From: Planctomycetota bacterium
Lineage (GTDB): Bacteria > Planctomycetota > Phycisphaerae > Phycisphaerales > SM1A02
NCBI GenBank assembly: GCA_018970045.1
Contig: JAGWXC010000001.1
Location: forward strand, 1-59,508
Reading direction: 5' to 3'
DNA length: 59,508 nt
Part shown: piece by piece, positions 53,778-59,508 of the stretch
Layout of the letters: every line of letters begins with the position of its first letter
How positions within the stretch are numbered: the first letter of the stretch is position 1
The notes under the pieces: generated by a model
What the model was told of the DNA's origin: nothing
What the model saw: only the letters and a program-made list of their open reading frames with translations
The model's database searches: none
Program-made: the position numbers and the translations under genes

Positions 53778-55558
53778 AGCATCACCTCGACGATTCGCCC
53801 CTTGCTGTAGTTGAAGCCACGGGTCCGGCTCGAGTCGATGGGCTGCAGTCGGGCGGCGACCGCACTGGCAGGGCCGTTCCCGTCGAGCGCATCCGTCGTC
53901 GCGATGACCAGTCCATCCGGATGGCGATCGATCCATCCGGCGAGTTCATCGGCGCCGAGCCGCTCGACGCGGCGACCTGATTCAAAGAGCAGGGAATCCT
54001 CGATGTATCCCACGGCGGCCATGCTGGGAAGCGTGGTCAGGCCTCGGTTGGCGGCTTCGTGCCAGGCATGATCGAGGATCCGCGTGGTGATCCATGGTGC
54101 GGGCACGCGCGGCAGCACGATGCCCATCGTGCAGACGAGACTCATCACCGTGATGGCGATTCCACCACGGATGGCGGCGCCGAAGTCGCCCCGAAGGGCG
54201 TTCGCGCGCGCTCGCCACATGAGCAGGCTGCCGTAGCCGCCCGCGACCACGACCAAGATGAACGCGCTTGAGGCGAGTGGCAGCGACCAGCCGAGGTTCG
54301 GATCGGTGAGCAAGCCCGCACGATCCAGGGCCACCATCAGTCCGGCGGGCATCCAGCCGATGAGGCAGCCGATCACGGCCCAGACGCCGTAGCCGAATCG
54401 ATTCACCGGTTCGAGCGCGCGCGGCAGGCTCGACAGGCCGCCGATGACTGCGCGAGCCGACAGCACCGCGATCGCCGGATAGCAGGGCAGCACGTAATGC
54501 GGCAGCTTGGTCGCCACGAGTTCAAAGGCGATCCATGTCGGCACGAGCCAGCAGAGCAGGAAGAGCTCAGGATGGCGGCCGCCACGAGCCATGAGACTCG
54601 ACCAGATCCGAGATGGCAGCGACCCGGAGCGGCGCGCCCGCCGTGCACGCGACCACGCCCACTGGATCGACAGGCCTGTGAGCAGTGAACCGGGGAAGAA
54701 GAGCACTGGCAGCAAGACCAGGTGGTAGCCGGGCGGAGCCCAGTGGCCCTCCATGCCGCTGCCTGCGCGCTCGAACACCTCGCGACGGATCGCACCCACG
54801 ATCGTGTCGCCGCCGATCTCGCGTGCGGCGAGGATGACCCAAGGCACCACGAAGGCAAGCACGATCAGCGCGCCGGTCCACGGCTGCGCGCGCACGATCC
54901 ACGACCACGAGCGCGTGGCTGCTGCCATGCACAGCACCGTCGATCCGAGGACGAACGGCGTGATGGGCCCCTTGAGCAGGATGCCGACGGCGCACAGCGC
55001 GTACAGCCCCAGCAGCGTGAACCATGGCGTGGCGGCGTCGCGCGTCTGCCAGAGCCTCCACAGCAGCACCATCATCCACGTGGTGACCGCGACCATGACC
55101 TGGTCTGCGCGGGCTTGATGGGCATCGAACGCGACCAAAGGACAGATCCCGATGAGGATGCCTGCGAGCGTGCCCGTGAGCGCGCCGAACATGCTCCGCC
55201 CGAGCCACCACGTCGCGAGTGCGGTCGCGATCGCTGCGATCGCACCGGGGAGCCGGTACATCCAGATCGCTTCTGGGCCACGGTCCATGCCGCCGAGCGC
55301 GGCCACGCTCGCGCTCTGCACCCAGTAGATGGCGGGGGGCTTCTGCAGCCGAAGCTGGTCGCCAAAACGCGGCACAACGTAGCCGTGCCAATCGGCGGAG
55401 TCGAGCATCTGGCGGGTTGCCTGCACGAACCGCGCCTCGTCGCGATCGATCGTCGGGATCGAGCCGATGCCGGGCAGGACGCAGAGCGCCGTGAGCAGCG
55501 CGACCATGAACGCCTGTCCAATCGGTCGTCGCAGGAGCGGGGTCAGGTCAAGCCGCAT
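53753..55558 (-). CDS. ArnT/PMT-like glycosyltransferase family 39 membrane protein
   Basis: TIDRDEARFVQATRQMLDSADW...LQKPPAIYW, followed by more than 10 TMs and a soluble C-terminal domain. The 3' end overlaps the convergent PAP2 gene by 25 nt. Confidence 0.8.
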   Translation of the reverse strand: MRLDLTPLLRRPIGQAFMVALLTALCVLPGIGSIPTIDRDEARFVQATRQMLDSADWHGYVVPRFGDQLRLQKPPAIYWVQSASVAALGGMDRGPEAIWMYRLPGAIAAIATALATWWLGRSMFGALTGTLAGILIGICPLVAFDAHQARADQVMVAVTTWMMVLLWRLWQTRDAATPWFTLLGLYALCAVGILLKGPITPFVLGSTVLCMAAATRSWSWIVRAQPWTGALIVLAFVVPWVILAAREIGGDTIVGAIRREVFERAGSGMEGHWAPPGYHLVLLPVLFFPGSLLTGLSIQWAWSRARRARRSGSLPSRIWSSLMARGGRHPELFLLCWLVPTWIAFELVATKLPHYVLPCYPAIAVLSARAVIGGLSSLPRALEPVNRFGYGVWAVIGCLIGWMPAGLMVALDRAGLLTDPNLGWSLPLASSAFILVVVAGGYGSLLMWRARANALRGDFGAAIRGGIAITVMSLVCTMGIVLPRVPAPWITTRILDHAWHEAANRGLTTLPSMAAVGYIEDSLLFESGRRVERLGADELAGWIDRHPDGLVIATTDALDGNGPASAVAARLQPIDSSRTRGFNYSKGRIVEVMLYAVVPAR

Positions 55559-55613
55559 GCGCCACGATGCTAGATCGATCCGGACGATTTGCCCAGCACC
55601 GTAGACTCCGGCG

Positions 55614-56579
55614 ATGCGGCGTGATCACGTCATCGTTCTCTCCTTGCTCAACCTTTCCGTGAGCGTGGCGATTGCTCAGGACACCAACGTCATCGAACGT
55701 CCCATCGATGAGCAGGAGGCCGCGGCGATCGGACGCGGCTCCACGTTCTTGGTGGGTGGCGGTGTGGTCTGGCAGGCGCCGGCCACGTTCACTGGCGGTG
55801 GCGATCTCTCGATCCTGCGCGGCTACGGGGCGGTGGACGTCAGCACGCCCGTCGATCGCGGCATGGCCGTCATTGCCGGCATCGAGTGGGATGGCAATTG
55901 GTACGACTTCGGATCGGGCACGCCCTTGGGCAATGCGATCGGCGGCGCGGATCCTTGGGACACGATCGTGAATGCCACGGTGAATCTGGGCACCACGATC
56001 CGCGTCGACTCCGACTGGACGGTCTTGCTGCAGGGATTCGCCAGCACCAATGGCGAAGATGGTGCGGACTTCAGCGACACCATCACCGGTGGCGGTTTCG
56101 GCGCCTTCTCTTACCGCATGGGCCCGGACTTCAACCTCGGCCTCGGCGTGATCGGCAGCTCGCGCATCGAGGATGACCCGCTCATCGTGCCGGTGATCCT
56201 CATCGACTGGGAACTCGAGCAGGGGATCCGACTGACCAACGTGGATGCCCCGCAGGCGTTCCCGACCGGGCCTGGCATCGAGCTCGTGTTCGACGTGAGC
56301 AAGGAGTGTCACCTCGCGTTCGGCGGGCGATGGTCCTACCAGCGGTTCCGGCTGGACGACGGCGGTCCGGCCGCCCGCAGCGACGGAGTGGGCGAGGATC
56401 AGTCGATCCCGCTGTGGGTCCGCAGCGGATGGCGGCGGGGCGCCGCCCGGATGGATGTCGTGTTCGGGTTCAACGCCATGCAGGAGCTCACCATCTCCGA
56501 CAGTTCGGGTGATCAGCTTGCGGCCGCCGACATGAATCCGGCGATCCTGCTTGGCGCGTTCTTCTCGGTCGACTTCTGA
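55614..56579 (+). CDS. putative outer-membrane beta-barrel protein
   Basis: Signal peptide ..SVSVAIA|QD, alternating-hydrophobicity strands and a C-terminal ..FFSVDF. Confidence 0.45.
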   Translation: MRRDHVIVLSLLNLSVSVAIAQDTNVIERPIDEQEAAAIGRGSTFLVGGGVVWQAPATFTGGGDLSILRGYGAVDVSTPVDRGMAVIAGIEWDGNWYDFGSGTPLGNAIGGADPWDTIVNATVNLGTTIRVDSDWTVLLQGFASTNGEDGADFSDTITGGGFGAFSYRMGPDFNLGLGVIGSSRIEDDPLIVPVILIDWELEQGIRLTNVDAPQAFPTGPGIELVFDVSKECHLAFGGRWSYQRFRLDDGGPAARSDGVGEDQSIPLWVRSGWRRGAARMDVVFGFNAMQELTISDSSGDQLAAADMNPAILLGAFFSVDF

Positions 56580-56606
56580 TCCGCTTGCGGATCACGGAGC
56601 GGAGCG

Positions 56607-57617
56607 TCAGGCAATCGCCGGTGCCTCGTGCAGCGTCACGCCCGCGGCCGTGCCCAGCGCGTAGGTGAAGCCCGGTTGCAACGCACCCGCAGCATGCGAG
56701 CCGTCGCGGGCGAGCACGATCAGTCCGACCTGAACGTTCGCCGCCAGCGGCCCGGATTCGATCAGACGGTGCAGGGCATCGCGGCAGGCTTCGGTGGGGC
56801 TCGCTCCGGAACGCAACCGTTCGACAGCGATGCATGACGTGAGCTTGCGCATCACGACTTCACCCAGCCCGGTGCAGACCGCGGCCCCGGCCTTGTGATC
56901 CACATAGAGCCCCGCGCCAACGAGTGGCGAATCGCCGACGCGGCCATGCATCTTCCATGCCAGTCCGCTGGTGGTGCAGCTGGCAGCCATGCGGCCGTCG
57001 GCATCACGCACCACCATGCCGATGGTGTCGTGATTCTCCGAGTTGGCGCGAGGGCTGTACTGCCGCTCGCGAAGCCATTCGCGCCAGGCGCGCTCCTGCT
57101 CGGGGTCGAGCGGGCGTGGTCCGGTGTGGAGCCCTTCGCTGCGCGCGAAATCCTCGGCGCCGGGGCCGACGAGCAGCGCATGTGGCGTGCGCTCCATCAC
57201 GCAGCGTGCCAAGGCAATCGGATGAGCCACGCCCCGTACGCACGCCACGGCTCCCGATCGGCCCGTGTCATCCATGATCGCAGCGTCGAGCGTGACGATG
57301 CCATCGCGGTCGGGCCAGCCCTGCAACCCGACCGATCGATCGGGGCACTCCGACTCGACCACCATCACGCCGCGCTCGGCGGCGTCGAGCGCGCACTGTC
57401 CTGCGGCAAGTTCGGCGAGCGCCCGTTCAGTGGCGGGCTTGCCATGGTTCCAGGTGGCGATGACGATGGGTGCATCAGGCATTGGTGTTGCTCCGGGAGC
57501 GCTCACGGTGAGAGGTGCCGACGCTGGGCGGCCGCATGCGGCCAGGAGCGATGAGCCGGCGACGAGCCGCACGGCATGCCGTCGGGTCATCGGGACTGGC
57601 ATCGAAGGACCCATCAT
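56607..57617 (-). CDS. Ntn-hydrolase isoaspartyl peptidase / glycosylasparaginase-type L-asparaginase
   Basis: Tat-like signal (TRRHAVRLVAGSSLLAAC), autoprocessing site HDTIGMVV, and GRVGDSPLVGAGLYVD. Confidence 0.85.
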   Translation of the reverse strand: MMGPSMPVPMTRRHAVRLVAGSSLLAACGRPASAPLTVSAPGATPMPDAPIVIATWNHGKPATERALAELAAGQCALDAAERGVMVVESECPDRSVGLQGWPDRDGIVTLDAAIMDDTGRSGAVACVRGVAHPIALARCVMERTPHALLVGPGAEDFARSEGLHTGPRPLDPEQERAWREWLRERQYSPRANSENHDTIGMVVRDADGRMAASCTTSGLAWKMHGRVGDSPLVGAGLYVDHKAGAAVCTGLGEVVMRKLTSCIAVERLRSGASPTEACRDALHRLIESGPLAANVQVGLIVLARDGSHAAGALQPGFTYALGTAAGVTLHEAPAIA

Positions 57618-58192
57618 CGAGCCGGTCGGTCCAGGCCTTCGGGCGGCATGGCGATCACGTCGGCGATGAACACCATGCGCGTGCGTGGTTCCGTGATGCG
57701 AGCGATCTCATCGGCACTCGCACCCGCGTCCTCGGCGATGTGGCGAAGCGTCTCGACCGATTGCTCGCGGGCCACGGCTCGACCATAGGCACGAGCTCGG
57801 ACGCCCGTTGCGTTTCGAGGCACGAAGAACTCATGGTCGCGTGTCATGACGAGCAGCGGTTCGCCGCTGGTCTTCATCTCGACCCAACAGCCCATCGTCA
57901 GGCAGACCTTGGAGAGTTCTCCCTCGATGACGACCGGCATGGCGCCATCCTGACCGGCTTCACCTCGCATGACCTGGTCCGGGGTCATTCGGGGCCACGC
58001 ACCCATCGCGTCGATGGATGCTTGGGGCTGCAGCGAGTACGTGTTCCAGCGCTGTTGGGCCGCCGGTGCTGGCTCGTGCAGTGGGGTTCTATGGCTGACG
58101 CACCCCGTCGTGATGCTGAGGGCGACGGTGGTCAGGATCGCACCGGCGAGGCGCAAGCGTGCGGGGCGTTCGTGGCTTCGTGGCAGCATCAT
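57614..58192 (-). CDS. DUF4920-like lipoprotein
   Basis: Lipobox LSITTGC. The VCLTMGCWVEM motif is typical of DUF4920 (from memory). ATGA overlap with the asparaginase gene. Confidence 0.6.
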   Translation of the reverse strand: MMLPRSHERPARLRLAGAILTTVALSITTGCVSHRTPLHEPAPAAQQRWNTYSLQPQASIDAMGAWPRMTPDQVMRGEAGQDGAMPVVIEGELSKVCLTMGCWVEMKTSGEPLLVMTRDHEFFVPRNATGVRARAYGRAVAREQSVETLRHIAEDAGASADEIARITEPRTRMVFIADVIAMPPEGLDRPAR

Positions 58193-58286
58193 GGCTCGAT
58201 CCTACCGGTCAGCAGGGGTCCATAAGCAAACTTGCGGGGTTCGTGGCAGGTTGACTGGCGAGGCCCCTGCGCTTGGTCGACGAACC

Positions 58287-59354
58287 ATGGCCGTGCGCTC
58301 TCCCGGTTCCATGATCTGTTCGGTTGCCTTCGCCATCGGCGTGGCGGCGTGGACCCGCATCGGGGTCGAGGCGTGGCAGCACGCCGCCTCCGCCGAGCCT
58401 GTGGCTGGCCAAGGCGCTGTGGTTCGCGTGGTGTCCATGCCGCGTGTCCAGCGGCGCGCCGGTGGTTCTGCCGCGATCCGCGTGGATCGAGCGCGCATCG
58501 AGTCTCCGGCTCCAGTCGATGCTTCATCGTGGACGCCGCCACGACATGTCCCTGCCGCAGAGCGATCATGGATCTGTCCGGACGCCGTGGTCACCTGGCG
58601 CGATCCCAATGCGGAGCGGATTCGCTCCTGGCGTGGGGATGTGCGCGATTGCGGAACGCACGGCCCCGAGATCGGAGTCTCGATCGAGATCGACTCGGCG
58701 GATGTCGAGGACGCGGTCAGCGGCTTCGGGTTCCATCCTGACGAGATCACGTTCCGGTACCGCACGCAGGAGGAATACGACCTCGGCGCGCTCCAGCGCG
58801 ACCGATTGCTCGATGCGCGCGGGGTTCGATTGCATGACGAGGTCGTCTCACCGGACTATCCATGGATGCTCCGTCGCGGCGTGCCCACCGTGCACGCGAT
58901 GGCCGACCGCCTCGAGGAGGCCGCACGTCGTGCCGGTGCCACCAGCATCCGTGGGCGTGCGAGCATCATGGCCGGCTTCGTGCAGGCACTGGCCTATCGG
59001 GAGAATCTCGAAGCCACCGACGATGCTGAACACGAGCAGATGGGCGTGATGCTGCCGGCTGCGACGCTCTCCCGCGCCAGCGGCGACTGTGATTCGAAGG
59101 CTGTCCTCTTGTGCTCGCTGCTGCACTCGACGCAGGTCTGTGACAGCGTGCTGGTGCACACCGAGGATCACACGCTGGTTGGCCTCGGTCTGCAGTTGCG
59201 GACCGGTGATGACAGCATCCGCGCGTGGCGCCGCGACTGGGTGCTGCTGGAGACGACCGACCGCTGGCCCGTCGGTCGCGTGGCCCGCCGCCATGTCGGC
59301 GAGAGCGTCACGGTCGAGGAACCTCTGTCGCTCGTCGTCAGGACCAAGCGCTGA
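58287..59354 (+). CDS. hypothetical exported protein with transglutaminase/papain-like Cys-His-Asp signature
   Basis: N-terminal hydrophobic segment. [15 protein letters not shown] (Cys), [10 protein letters not shown] (His) and WVLLETTD (acidic) occur in the order and spacing of transglutaminase-core domains. Confidence 0.45.
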   Translation: MAVRSPGSMICSVAFAIGVAAWTRIGVEAWQHAASAEPVAGQGAVVRVVSMPRVQRRAGGSAAIRVDRARIESPAPVDASSWTPPRHVPAAERSWICPDAVVTWRDPNAERIRSWRGDVRDCGTHGPEIGVSIEIDSADVEDAVSGFGFHPDEITFRYRTQEEYDLGALQRDRLLDARGVRLHDEVVSPDYPWMLRRGVPTVHAMADRLEEAARRAGATSIRGRASIMAGFVQALAYRENLEATDDAEHEQMGVMLPAATLSRASGDCDSKAVLLCSLLHSTQVCDSVLVHTEDHTLVGLGLQLRTGDDSIRAWRRDWVLLETTDRWPVGRVARRHVGESVTVEEPLSLVVRTKR

Positions 59355-59508
59355 GCAAGAGGCCGAGGTCCGCGCCGTCGACGGTGCCATCGCCACTCAA
59401 GTCACCGGTGCCGGTGCCGCCCCAATTGCTCAAGAGCAGGCCGAGGTCGGCGCCATCGATGACGCCGTCACCATTGAGGTCGCCGGGCACAGCGGTCACA
59501 TCGACGAT
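59338..59508 (-). CDS. 3' end of a gene encoding another double dockerin-like C-terminal module (5' end outside window)
   Basis: The reverse complement reads ..[50 protein letters not shown]. The stop codon is at 59338-59340. Not in the ORF track because no start lies within the window. Confidence 0.75.
   Translation of the reverse strand: MVDVTAVPGDLNGDGVIDGADLGLLLSNWGGTGTGDLSGDGTVDGADLGLLLSAWS

Overview
GC-rich bacterial chromosomal window with about 55 genes, two tRNAs and no CRISPR array or recognisable mobile element. The dockerin-like and PEP-CTERM C-terminal tags suggest a Planctomycetota/Phycisphaerae-like diderm, but that is inference only. Left to right: a 5'-truncated autotransporter beta-domain gene; tRNA-Pro(GGG), a lipoprotein gene and tRNA-Ser(GGA); truB; an ECF sigma / anti-sigma / secreted metzincin unit divergent from a DevC-DevA-DevB-type ABC exporter; fumC; and an rmlBDAC (rfbBDAC) dTDP-rhamnose operon. 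From about 14.2 to 31.6 kb lies a large glycan-biosynthesis locus: seven GT2-type glycosyltransferases, one GT8-like and one GT4 transferase, a sulfotransferase, a methyltransferase, an MsbA-like ABC exporter and two polytopic TPR membrane proteins. Many of its genes are joined by ATGA/GTGA start-stop overlaps. From 31.6 to 38.8 kb lie two large secreted PA14/LamG proteins carrying Cys-rich mini-repeats and a C-terminal double dockerin-like module. The remainder holds a thioesterase and methyltransferase, a PEBP protein, a GldA/F/G-type ABC-2 cassette, three PEP-CTERM proteins around a solitary OLD/YbjD-family nuclease, an envelope-lipid enzyme cluster (cardiolipin synthase, divergent pyruvate-kinase-like protein, PAP2, GT39), an asparaginase, a DUF4920 protein and a transglutaminase-like protein. 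The most interesting unexplained signal is a conserved palindromic element (core TTCCGGAA, extended GATTTCCGGAAAT). It sits in front of three genes whose products end in the dockerin-like module, with a degenerate copy in front of a fourth. It brackets an uncharacterised cytoplasmic 405-aa protein. This looks like an undescribed regulon or system for tagged secreted adhesin-like proteins. All function calls come from reading motifs in the supplied translations; no database search was run.
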